A DNA stretch of 64,000 nucleotides from Phoronis australis (taxonomy: Eukaryota > Animalia > Phoronida). The notes under the pieces were generated by a model, which saw nothing but the letters and a program-made list of their open reading frames with translations, had not been told where the DNA came from and did no database searches. The DNA lies in contig NMRA01000091.1 of the NCBI GenBank assembly GCA_002633005.1, positions 78,275 through 142,274 on the forward strand, read 5' to 3'. The translations under genes were made by a program, and so were the position numbers. Position 1 is the first letter of the stretch, and each line of letters begins with the position of its first letter. This document shows positions 12,767 to 25,782 of the stretch, piece after piece.

Positions 12767-15700
12767 AGTAACCTCTCAGGTGTTTTGTGAAGCAGTCCGG
12801 GCCACAGTCCATGTTGTGCTTTCCCGCGGGTAACTAGTTACTCGCTGAGTGCACGCAAGGAAACAGGGAAATTTATATTGAAGAACACGCCGTCACCTCG
12901 TCATCGTTATCATACACCATAATCTTCGTCGTTATTATCACCCTGAGCCTCAGCACTAACAGTTCCATCCCAAATCCTAGGGCATATTTCCGACTTTTTA
13001 CAGTAGTTCGCCGCCAACTGGGAGGCAATAAACATTTTCGTAGTCTACCACCGGGAGCAGTCACGTGATCAGATACGTTGAGATTCTCGCTGTGTTTATT
13101 TCTATTTGCATTGCAAAGTGGATGTAGTACATTGGCTGTTTTATTGATATAAAGCGAGAACGATCTAAAAGTCATAGTTCTGCTCACTTAGCTGACGAGG
13201 TCACCTTTCCGAAGTGAAGGAAATCGCTCAATGTTTTCACTCATAAGAATGGAAAGCTAGGATGGAGTTGTGATAAATTATGACGTTTTTCCCTGAGGAA
13301 TGTCACCATTTAGGCGAGGCGTTTTTATGAGTGTCTTGGCGAGAGGTTTTGATTTGTTTAAGAGGTAAGATTTTTTATTTATTATTCAAGTTTTTTAAAT
13401 ATGTGAAAACGCGATACTTGAAGCATACGAGATGTATTCGTCCTTTTAAAGTCTATATCAAGGTCCTGCGGTTTCAACACCTATATAAAAAACAGCAAGG
13501 ATTATAAGATCATGAGATTTGAATTTCTGTTTATCAATGTATGAAACGAAGAGATGATTTTACTGCATTGGACATTAGTTAACATGCTGTGATTTTATTT
13601 TCGTTTTTACACACTAACCAGACACGCAGACTCCACAGATTGTCAGAACGTTACGATTAAATGATTTATAACGCGCGCCTTGGCTGAAGGGCGATTTCTC
13701 TTATTTTTACGCATTTGATGCGAGAAATTCGGAAATTGAAACCTAATGACGCGATATGCCACATGGAGCGGTGATTATACATAGTACTTGCCTCGCTGTT
13801 TGTACGAGACCGTAACCTCGAGTTCATTTCTCACGTGTAAGTATACTGGGCGTGAAAAGAAATGTGCATCTCAAACACGCAACACATTACAAGTACATTT
13901 GCGGAATTACACTGAAAGCGTGCCCGATTACTGATGAATTGTTTTTCAATATGAGTTAATAGGTTTTAAACTTTGTTGTTAAAGTCTGTGTTTGCATTCA
14001 AACCATTAGCACGCGGTGAAGGGTTTAACCAAATAGTAAAAACAGTTAACAAGCTCGAACTACAGGAATACTTCTATATTTTACGTTCTCGCGTCCAGGC
14101 ACGGCTGGAATCAAACAAAACTCTTTAGCGAACTTGTTCGACGACACGGCTAAATTAATGAAAACGTCATACAAGAACGCTGCCAAGCGAAACCAAAAAC
14201 ATTATTTCTCTGTTGTTTTGGTTGCATTCACCGAAATACCTTTTCTTAGCTGTCAACTGACAGAATAAGTTAGTAAACTATCTAAATCATCACTTTTGCT
14301 ATCCAAGTTCGTAAAACTTATTCTTTTAACGAGACAACAACGGCCTAACCTTGTGACCATAAGCTGTCGGGCGAAATGTGAGATATTTGACGATAAAAAC
14401 ATTGACTAGAACTGGACATCGGTGCCTATGCTGGGTATCAATCGTATTGCTGATTAGAAATTATTGATTATTTAGCAGCAAAGCAATTGGCACTAAAATA
14501 TCTAATTGGGCATGTTTTTCATTTTAAAATTCTTTGTCAGTGTGATGGTTTCGTCAGACGCCATTCTGCTGGCAGCCGTTGTCATTAACGCCGAATCTGT
14601 TGTCACCTGTAAATACTTACATCATCAACAAGAAACTAAACTGCAAACTGGTTATCTAGTACAAGGCATGGTGCAGTTCTGGATAATATTTAATACGTGT
14701 AGGTGATGTATTTGTAAGTGATTAAGAATCCGTGTTTACTCTCTAGCTATACTTACGCCTCAACACGCCAACCTCTTGGCGGAGTTGTTCATTTGTATCG
14801 ATCTCTCTTCATTCAGTTGTACATATATATTATCTTATAAAATTGAATTAACAATTTCAATTGTGTATAGAAAGGTGTGTTCTGCACTCTGGTACGACAG
14901 TTTCAAATGAATTATTCGTGCACCACTCCTGTTAGCTGCACTACAACACACACATTTCAGTATCATTGGTCAGTTTGCGCTTACGCGCATGTTGTCACGT
15001 GGCGGATCTCACTGGCTTTGATGGCTCTAAGATGGCATGCATCAATAGTTGGGTTACTGTTTTTTCAGTTGTTCAACTCCTTAATGATAGTACTAATGAA
15101 AATGTTGCTTAAAGACACATTAAACATTTACTTCCTCAACTGTCAATGGCTTGGAACCTTTAGTTCTTCAGTAATGTAACTTTGTTGAACACTTTCTGTC
15201 GTCTTCGTGGTTGTCTCCAGGGTTAAGATCCGTAGACGCACGAATCTTGCAAAGGAAACTAGAGTGATCACGTGCTTCGCTAGTTATGCATGGCGATATC
15301 TCACGAAGTCTTACGTGATCTTGCGTTTTCGCAAGGTTCTCGCGTCTATGTAACACACGCCTGGTATTGGCAGTTTAGTATTTTTTTTTTGTAGCAGTGG
15401 TTTTCTTTAAGTTGTTCGTTGCACATAGTTCTAGTTTATGGAATAAGACGGTGGAATTTAAAGGTGAAATGGTCCTTTTCTCTCCCCTTCCCCAATACCC
15501 ACGAACTTTAGGCATGGAGGAAATCAGAGCAATCGTCAGCATGACGTAGTTCACTACTGTAAGTTATTTAAACCATGAAAACATAAAAAATCACACCTCT
15601 TTCATGGTAATAAGTCCGTCCCCGGCGCTGTCATCTTTTGCACGACAGCGAAGCAATTCCATAGTGACGTTACATCCCTTACAACCCCGTGAATACAACA

Positions 15701-16198
15701 GACGTGTATAGTGGCGGTTTCATACTCCTTAAAACCCCGAAAATGCATTTGTCAGGTGGTTTATGTCTGTACTTGGCCGAAATCTATAGTTCAATTTGCT
15801 TTTACTACGGAATACTAGATGAATCTATTTTTGAGAGCAATGCATTCGAAAAATGTTATCAGAAATTCTCAATTCACTATTTTTAAGAACACTCATGTTC
15901 GTAATCGGTATTTTCTAGTTATGATTGTATAAGAACCAAAATTTCACCATATATGTATCAAGATCAACGCGAAAATATCCATAAATGTGTTACCTGCCAG
16001 GAACACTTTTAATTAACAATCTTCTTCCCGTGCACATTGCGTAATACGGCAGTTAACCCTGAAATATGTATGTACGTATGCATGTATTACTGAACTCAAA
16101 ATGTTACGAAAATTTTCACCTGGTTTGCCAGCAACTTTCAAGATGGGTCTTAAGGTAATGACAGCGACATCTGTCTTTCAAAAGTGGGCGGTTGAAAT

Positions 16199-16864
16199 AT
16201 AGAGAATCCTACACGAGTCTCAGGTTTATGAGATGGGCAAAACCTCTTGGAAATTTCGTCAAAATCTCGAACCACGTGTCGCAACTTCTGTAAAACCACG
16301 CTTGCGCAATGTAAAGTAATTCAGTTACGTTTTGTTAATAGTTTTATTTTAAGCTTAACAATTGTAAATTACATTCAGCTTTCGTAGCAAATATTCAAGT
16401 TAGAATCTAGTAAATAGTCTTTGAAGTTGCAATATCAAAACTTTTTTATAAATAGGCCTAACAGTCAGCAAGGTTTCCCTACTAACTGACCTTGAGACAA
16501 CACGCTTGACAGTCTCGCCGCGTTTCTTGAGTTAGGATTCGTCTCCGTTTGAGTGAACGTGGATATGGAATTCGCCGCCGAAGATGGGTCCGTTTCATAA
16601 GTTATTTGCATGTCCTTCCGACTGAGAGTACGTACAGTTGCGACACCCGATTTGCAAATCATAACCTTGTCACCTTCTCGGAATTCCGGCATTGTTTGGT
16701 TAGCGCGTGTTTGGTTGTTTTAGTGTTTTGCAGACGATAAAATGTAAAGCGTATGGATTTCTACTTTGCTCTACTTTGTGATTCGCCCATATAATATCAA
16801 AAAAATCACTTACTCGGTGTTGTGAACCAATCGTGTCGTAACACATTCCAGGTCATGTGAGAAA
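16199..16864 (+). repeat. Dispersed repeat, copy 1 (family shared with 23927-24677)
   Basis: Aligns by eye over about 600 bp with 23927-24677, from ATAGAGAATCCT to CATTCCAGGTCATGTGAGAAA. The paralogous ORFs 16549..16740 and 24376..24585 derive from it. Confidence 0.9.
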
Positions 16865-17118
16865 AACTATTTCATTATATAAGACGTCAAGTTGATACAT
16901 TTGCGATTCAAAATGCTTGAAAATGCGTCCAAAACACATGATCGTCATCCGATGTCAAATGTGTGACGTCACTGAGTCGCGTGTTTCAGAAGTTTTGATG
17001 GTAATCTCTAAATAAATACAGTTGTTCTAAAATGAACACTACATAACCTTGTGAAGGTGCCATACCTTGCCATTCCCTGCAATACACTCTACGTTGGGAC
17101 CAGGAACGACTGCTACGA

Positions 17119-17334
17119 CATGCGCGCACCTAAGGCGAAGAGGGCAAAAAGGTCCGCCTCAGAGAATCAAAAAATCCGAAAAGTAGAAAACGAGACACAA
17201 GTTCGCCAAAAGTTAGGAACTACCAAAATTTGGCCAGTGCACAATTCATAGCTCTTAACGTACTACGTGAATCTTAGTAAAAGGTCCACATTATCCAAAC
17301 TTCGAGCCACATTTTTAGGCTTGGTATGCACATG
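17119..17334. mobile_element. CA...TG MITE with degenerate 5-bp TSD (TACGA/CACGA)
   Basis: Termini CATGCGCGCACC...GGTATGCACATG; AAAAGGTCC motifs; similar to 54733-54969. Confidence 0.7.
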
Positions 17335-20300
17335 CACGATTCTTAAAGTGAAGAGTACGTTTTTGATTCGATGATATTTCTCCTTTAGCAGAGCTATTCA
17401 GTTTCACACCATAGCAACCCTGATGAGGTGTGAACGATCAAGTTATAACGTGCATCACTATAATGCCATTTCAATAAACGAGAAGCTTGCTATTTATGTG
17501 TTAAAGCCAGTCGAATGAGGATTCACTCGGTGCAATGATCTAAATTATCCTTTGTACCAAGAGTCTTCGAGCCGTCATTGAAATAGACGTGCAGTAATTT
17601 TCAAGTGGTGTCCGCTCACAACCCCCAAACTTTGAGGTGAAACCACCTCAAGAAAACAACCCCGACCACAGAAAAAAATCTGTGTCGAACACATTATTTG
17701 AAACTGTTCGAGATTATTCTTTATCACTACCGTACTTTTGCTGTCGATGAGAAAAAGATGTAAAACTACCGACGCTAGGAATCTCCACAGACAGCGGTTA
17801 AGATGGTTGATTTTATAGTCTTCGTAACTTGTAGTTTTGTGTCTTGTTTGGTTCTGTGTAAGCCTACAGGTAATGTCTAGTCGCTGATATCGAGAAATGT
17901 ATACCAAGTATAGAAGATATGCTAAAGAAGACGCTCATTAAACTCACAAGACCTTGTACTATTATTTGAACTGCAAGTTTTTCCACGCTGCCCCAAGCCT
18001 AGCCTTGATATGTGCAAATTGCTGCATTCTTTCTTTTGTGGCCTCTTTTACTTGACCAGTGCCAACTGTCTATGACGAAAATCTAAAAGCAAAACTTTCA
18101 AAGGTTTAATTTTCTTAACATTTTGAAAGTGTAATTTACCCCGCCGTCTTATTGTAAAAACGCACAATTCTGTCGTTAAGTTTCACTAAATGAAATGATG
18201 CGCGTCTGGTCACGCGGAATGAATAGACTCGGCAAAATGAGACCTTGAGTCGGGAAAAGGCCCGCATTCATTTCGCAAGACAACACTAACGTGTACTACT
18301 GGTATCCGGTCAGATTATCTCCACGCGTAACCACGTACGGCGTTTTCAGCACTGAACTCACTTAGACTTCACAAGGATAGGTCAATTAAGTTGCTGGTGC
18401 CGGTTTGTTAAAGCCTAATTTCAACGGTGTATTGGGCTCAAAAAATAATTGCAGGCGGTGTGGTACACGCTGCACCAGACGTGCGCAGGCCGCGCATGTG
18501 GGCCCATTGCACTGATCACCTGTGTATTGGGCTAACCAGAGAGTGAAATAAGAAAACGCGAGTTCTATCACGCAAATGTAAGGCAGTCAAAGGAGAGGTG
18601 AAGCTGCCTTTTCGTGCCATGTTGCGTCACCGCGAGATCTCAGCACAAACAGCAAAAGGCTGATAACAGTTGTATTGAATAGGGATCTGAATAGAACACC
18701 ATTGCGTGCGGGTGTTATTAGCAGCTGTTTGAATTAAAAGGTAGTTCTCGCTGTGACGCGTAGACAAAAGCAAGCTAATACGCCTGACAATTCGTTACAT
18801 TTGGCAATTTATGGCACTAGTGGGCTCAGAGCGACGCTCTTAACATACTGTAGGAACCAAATTTACAGGTGTCACCGTTCACTGATAGGCTTTAAGTAAA
18901 ATGCAGAAGTTCGGCTCAGACCGGTCACATTCTACTTAACGGTTATCACTGCTCGAAATCAAACGAGAAGCTGAAACGTAAAAACATTATCTGAAACACT
19001 GGGTAAACACCGGTAATGTTGCCGTCCGTAGTAAAGGCACAACTGGCGGGCGGACAAGCTCACACCCTGAGCGGAATGAACAAAAACGTGATGGTAACTT
19101 GCAATATCGGGCTTCAAAAACGATACTAAGCTACTATTTATAATTATGAAAACTACGATTCTTTTTTTCTGCTTCCCTTACTCGCAAATTGTCTCTTTGC
19201 CGAACTATTTTTTGACCGGACTCATGAAGTGTTGGTGATTTCCCGCCACAGACATGTTAGACAGTTCTTGGTAAGCCGACTCCTCATTTTTGTGGACGAG
19301 ACGGTCTCGTCACCTGGTGACAGAACTATGAATATCAGAAATAATGAAAGAGCTTCAAGCTTACTAGTGGATTACTAGCAACGCAGGTGCGGGTCCAGAG
19401 ATTTGCCCCCTGGTTAGCTGTTTGTTTTGTTATGATAGAAGGGTGTGAAGTGTCCCCTATTGGCAAATCCCTGTAACTGATCCTATATCGTCGATCTGGC
19501 ATTATTCCTGAAAAAAGAAGCAGATGCCAATGCGTTCCACCCCCGCCTATTCCCCCTATTCACTACTGCGGCGTAAACAGGTACAAGGAAATCCTAATTA
19601 ATCAACGGTTCAAAAAGCTTTTTTTTAGCATTCACTTGGAACAGCCCGGTTACATGGTGTTTCTCCGACAGCCTGCCCATCACGAAAAAAGATATATTCG
19701 CCACCTTCAGTTGTAAAACAGCTGCTGCGAATCGCAGAAACACGCCCGGAATTGATCAAAGCTCAACTGTAAAGCCCTCGCTTGACCTACTGTGAAATGA
19801 CAACCACTCTGCGTGAATATGCCGTCAGAATCTTCCTAGCACGCGCTAGCATTCTTCTTTTAATTAACGATTGATTGCGCAGCTTTCAATTGCACAACAT
19901 GCCAATAAATGGGTAGCATTAAGATCTGTGTAGTACTTGAAACGTTTTAATCAACAGCAAGTGCAGCGCCTTTGCGATGATCAAATGTCCTGTTCTCCTA
20001 CCCGCATCTGTATGTGCAAGGTATGTGCCTACGCGATGCATAATCATGCTTCAATCACACATCGAGGGATGCTCCGCCGACGGATCCCACCAACTGAGTA
20101 CCACCCCGATGCCTAGCACCATCGAATGTTTTTTTATTGGACCAGTTTCACGGATGGGTGATATTTTGACGCTTACACCCAGCTGGCTTTCTCGAAAATC
20201 CCTAGAAGACTATCGGCCGATGTGACCATTTTACTGCTGCAGTCATTGGATCGGCGCCGGACTAGTTAATATCGCTCCGAGACGATGTCGTATTTACCTG

Positions 20301-23300
20301 TAAATTTGGATGATCTCTAACGGCGTGATCACTTGCAGGATAACAGATTGTGCATTTTTACAAATACCAAGATGGCTGTCAACCAGTAACCAGCGAACCA
20401 AAATGCTAATCTATGATATTGACAAGGCAAAATTCCATTCACTTTTCTTAGTTCCACTTTGAAAAGGATGCAGCAAACGTGGCGCGCACAATTAAACATT
20501 GACAGATAAGACGGTACGGAACATTACACATAACTGGTCATTTCCTAGCATTATTGCTGTGGGGTTAATAACTTTTAAATGTAGTGTAAACCGCTGTATG
20601 AGACCTTGCGCGCTTGCTGTAGGCGGATACAGTCATTTGAAATGACTCTATAGACCAAAATACACCGTTGTACGTCAGTCAAAGCGAAACAACGGGTTCA
20701 CACTTGTAGATATCGTTTCTCGTATTTTTTGTTCCCATGGTAGCATGATTCTCATTGGATGATATACAGTGTTTTATGGTTTCATGTATTTTAGTTTGAT
20801 CCCTTTAAAAGATATCGAGCACTAATTAGATTTAGTACCTTATTCAGTGGGTCGTAACGACTACACCTGGCTGTGTTCACGTTCACTCGATACGTCGACG
20901 TTGAAAGCAAGGTTGATTTTTTATATTTATAGTACTACTTTATACTGTGTACAATTCGCATGCTGTTTCTTATTCTCAAAATGAAGCCCTTGCCTCGTAA
21001 GTCGGTGGTGTTGACAAGCTAGCCCATAACGATGGGGCCAGTCGGCCTGTTTTAAGATTTGTGTTTTCTCATACTTGGGTGCCAATATAAAAGTTCGCAT
21101 ATTCAGAACCTCACAGCTGTTAGCGACAACTCTAGGCGATTATTGCAGAAATTCTAGTTTCATGCATTACTTCACACAAGCCAGGTAGACATGTTTGTGT
21201 TGTGTGAATCATCGACACTTAACGATGTCAATTAAAATACATGTCGATGTTGCTGCTACATTGGGGTACGTTTACCTATGCATCAAATTAACCGTAAAAT
21301 TGGCGTAATGAAAACATGCCATTTTCACCAGAAACGTGATCTATTCTGCACGTTTTGCCGTGTTAATCACCCTGGATTGCATAAAACTTCGCTCTGTATA
21401 CATACATGTAGGATACCTGGTTCGCTGGTACCCGCGGTAGATGTAGAATAGTACCGCAGGTAACGAATAACGCAGCGCACCCAATCGGTGATGAATTCAT
21501 AGCCATACACTTGAAAACAGTAGTTGTGAAATCGGAATCAGGTTTTTAATCGGAGAAAAATAGGATCGTTTCAATGCATGAGACAGTAGCTGACAGTCTC
21601 GTGAATTGGGATGGCTCTATTTTCTTTCTCCATTTTTCGATATGTTTATAATCACACGTATTGCATTATTGGGCTGGCGTTTACTGCAGCAGAACGCAAC
21701 CCCAGAAGTTCCCACAGTTTTGTCAAGCAAAAGTTAACAAACATACCTGGATTATAGAAAAATCATCCCCTATTCTCTACACGGCACTTTCACAAACATT
21801 CGCAGTTATTAGAGAAATCTGTCGGTACATGTGTATAACGCCACTTAAAAACCCACAACAGACAAATCTTTGTGATCACCGAACCCGAGCACAACGTAAA
21901 ATTTTTTCGTACACTGGACGAAACTTCTGTTCATTGAAATCTTCAGCTTCCAACTCGGTTGATATCCATCACAAACAATGCAAGCACGGGAAAATATATT
22001 AAATATTCAACATGGCTGTTTTTTCACAATATTGATTTTGGGACTTCAGTTTGGACCAAATGTACTGCTGCTAAGTCAATGACTGTTTGTAAATTGAACT
22101 GATGGAATATATATCACACAGCTTGTTTAAAACCATGCACACTTTAGATTTTTGCTGTAATAAATATATGTTAACGTGCGTGATGATCAGAGTGTGGGTC
22201 ATTATAACGATATCTGTGATAGGCAAGCCGATTTAAACGATGGTGGAGCACGCCGAAATTAAATATGTTTTATTAATTGTGAGGGAGAACGATGTGACAA
22301 GTGCTATGTGGCACTGAACAACCTCAAGAAACTCCCGTACCCAACCTAGAAGACTTGCTGAGGAAGGTGTTACATCTGCTGTGAACAACCACTTGAATGA
22401 CTCGGACTCGAGTCATGAATTTGGCAATGAAAATGATAAGACATTGTGCAAAGAAAAGAATTGATTTGGGAGAGGAGTGCAGAAAGCTATTTACATTTAA
22501 GCCCTTATACCTTCCCATAACAAGCTAGGTGACTTTTTAAGATGCGCATTTACCGAATGTACTGTTGGTGAGTGAAACAGCAACAACAAATGCTTTCGCG
22601 GAACTCAACAGAATGTAAACGTTTCTGCCCTCGAGCCGGACTCCAAACTTGTTATGCACAGGAACCAGAATCGAATTTAAATATCGGACAGCCTTTACAG
22701 TTACAAGATGCCTGACAAGCTAGACTCAAAAATAAACTTGCGTGGGACTTAATGGCATGCGAATTTTTCGTAAACTAGCTTGCTTCAAGGAAAAGGAATT
22801 GATCGGTCGCTTGTCAGTTGCAGACGACACTAACTGGAGGACTTAACTTAGTCTGAAATCTTGTATGCATAATGCAACTATATAAACAAAATATTCATAA
22901 AATTGCACGGTTAACATTACAATGTAGTTCTATTCGGAAGCGTAACTCTGTTTTTTTCTGTGACTGTTTGGTCAGGAATGTTGTTCACCATAACAATGAG
23001 TCACTCGTTGGCCAATTAAGAGCACTTAAGTCATTCGTTTAAAACATCAATTTTGCGTATTTCCATCTATTTTTGATTTAAGATACCTGTGACAATATGA
23101 GAACTATTTGGCTTCTTTTTGGGGTATTGTATTACTGTCGCGTAGTGTCTCTTTCTGCGTGCTGTGACAAGTGACACCAGTGTAGATTTGATTGTAAGTT
23201 TGAAACTATAAAGTCCTCCAGCTTTGCTACACTGCATTATCTAATGTACTTCTTAGTTATATTGGGGAAAACTTTAGTTTTTTCATATGTGAGATCACCT

Positions 23301-23926
23301 CGGATATTTTCGTAGCCTGGAGTTATCTTTCTGAGGTGTTTCATATCTGCGCATGGCGAACTTCAATCAGCACATATCAGAGTCCACGGTTTCGAGTACA
23401 GCATGCGCAGCGCGTGAGCACTAGCGTGTCAGTCTCAGAACTAGGTAAAGCACATTTTTACATTGCGATCTATGGTTACCAGACAATGAATTGCAGATTT
23501 CTCTTAAAAATTGCAAGTTAATGAAAAAAAACAGTTCTTGATAATAAACTTATACCGCCAGTCCATGAATATTGCGGGTTGCTTGGATACAGAAACTTAC
23601 AGACTATTCATGGAGTTAGATTTTTCACCCCGGATCTCAATTGATATGGCAGTAAAGCAATATTAATTTCAATAATTTTAGGACTTATTTTCGTTGCATC
23701 GAGCGCTAGCTCCCAACACGAATACTGACCATGAGGTTGATTTTGTGAAAACGTGTTTGGCCTTGCAAAATATTGGTTTGTTACGGAAATCATTGGCAAA
23801 TTGAAGTGCGATCCAAAACCGAGCACAAGTCGTTCCCAGGAAGGAAAATGACTGCGATAATGCTGAATTTTTCATGGAATAGCATAATAGTATCTTTTTG
23901 ACAACCTAGTCGACGTCTTTCGAAAC

Positions 23927-24677
23927 ATAGAGAATCCTAAACGTGTCTCAGTTTTATGGCATGTGCAAAACCTCTCGGTTATTTCCAAGAGGTTTTGCCC
24001 ATGTCATAAATCTGACACGAGTGTAGGATTTGTTTTCTAACATGAACCGCAAAAAAGATCTTTTGTGTCGAAAAACTCGACATGTCTAAAACTTTCAATC
24101 ACACGACGCAACTTATGTAAAAACACGCTTGCGCAATGTAAAGTAATTTAGTTACTTTGTTTTAATAGTTTTATTTTAAGCTTAACAATTGTTAATTGCA
24201 TTCAGCTTTCGTAGCAAATATTCAAGTTAGAATCTAATAAATAGTCTTTGAAGTTGTAATATTAAAACTTAAATAACAGTCAGCAAGTCTTCCTCGCGCG
24301 TGAGCACTGGATTGACCTTGAGACAGCACAGCTAGACAGTTTCGTCGCGTTTTTTGAGTTGGGGCTCGTCTCCGTTTGAATGAATGTGGATATAGAATTC
24401 GCCGCCGAAGATGGGTTCGTTTAAGAAGTTGTTTGCACGTCCTTCCTACTCGGAGTACGTACAGTTGCGATACCCGATTTGTCAGTCATAACCTTGTCAC
24501 CTTCTCTGAATTCCGACATTGTTTGGTTGGCGCGCGTTTGGTTGTTTTTTGTGTTTTGCATACGATAAAATGTAAGGCGTATTGATTTCTACTTTGTGAT
24601 TCGCCCATGTAATATCAAAAAATAGGTACTCGGTGTTCTTAACCAGTCGTGTAACACATTCCAGGTCATGTGAGAAA
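23927..24677 (+). repeat. Dispersed repeat, copy 2, with a 5' hairpin (arms of about 46-48 bp)
   Basis: Homologous to 16199-16864. Imperfect inverted arms at about 23931-23978 and 23985-24030. Confidence 0.9.
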
Positions 24678-24863
24678 TATAGGTTCGAACACCTCTTACT
24701 TACTCGTCGAATTAAACACGAGAATTGGTTTGTTTGCTCTACCTAGTTACATATTCAAGACAATGGACGAAGCCGTAGACTCGTGTTTCATATGAATGTC
24801 GAAGTGGAGAAGGCGCCAAAATACCCCTGTGACAGTAGGCTGAAACGTGAAATAACGGATTAC

Positions 24864-24997
24864 CTGCAGACATGCCGAGGGCTTTGAGAATGATGTGGTG
24901 CGCGTCTTTTGAAACTTTTTTGGCGGATCGCTAAGATTTTGCCGTTTGTTAATGACCCTTTTGCTGTTCTGATTGAAGTTCGCAAATCCGCAGATAT
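24864..24997 (-). CDS. Candidate internal exon (134 nt) of an unidentified minus-strand gene
   Basis: Good acceptor gtatttcag| and donor cag|gtaatc. Phase 1 reads xICGFANFNQNSKRVINKRQNLSDPPKKFQKTRTTSFSKPSACLQ; phase 0 is also open. Confidence 0.3.
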
Positions 24998-25561
24998 CTG
25001 AAATACATTCGAGGGATTATTTGAGGATAGGAAAATAACGTAGGTCTCCCAGATGATTATGGATAACACGTATCATCACGCATGTATGATAAAAACACAT
25101 GTTACCATTGTCACCAACAATTTCTCAATCCATTCCACATACTCTTGCGATTTAGGTCCAACTTATGAGCTATGTTTCATTGATGAACACTTCCCTAAAA
25201 GTATATTTAACCAGTTTTGAACATGCATGTTGACCATTTAAATATTCTGAAACTTACGTGGATTTGGTTTAACGTTGGTACCACAAGTAGTCAACTACTT
25301 CTACAAAGCACAAAAAGACCAAACTCGCAAAATGTTTTCATTGACATAGTAAAAATTCATTCCAACTTCAGTTTTGAGAACAAAGGTAATCTTTTTCTGT
25401 TTTATTCAGAAACTTTTACGTTACCCTTTCTTCAAGCCCTTAGCGGAGCCATACCTCTCCCCCCCTTGTACAATACTAAAAAGCTCTCCCCGGTCAAAAC
25501 TCATTTCAATTTTCGTTTTAACCCTTTGTTCCTTTAAAAGTGCAACCAGGTTGTCACCCAT

Positions 25562-25782
25562 TCAAAACCCCCTGAAAAGTGTCGTTTTTATGCATATGAG
25601 TTCGTGCTCCAATGAATTAACAGGTAGAAGGGTCATCAGGGTTGGGAACATTGATTTCGGGGGACACCGACCTGAGGGACACGCAGGTGGCGGAATATCG
25701 AGTCGTGTGTTTTTAGGGCCGGAGGAGTATCGTCTGTGAAGTAGAGGCGTGGGAGAATGACGTCGGCGATTGAGTGTTGGCG
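25562..25782 (-). CDS. Candidate exon of an unidentified minus-strand gene
   Basis: Acceptor gattgcag|, locally GC-rich. Phase-1 frame xPTLNRRRHSPTPLLHRRYSSGPKNTRLDIPPPACPSG... resembles a disordered protein segment with kinase-site motifs. Confidence 0.3.

Noticed and set aside
16549-24585. Two paralogous small ORFs (16549..16740 and 24376..24585) suggesting a gene family
   Set aside because: Both lie inside copies of one dispersed repeat, use non-ATG starts and show no recognisable domain.
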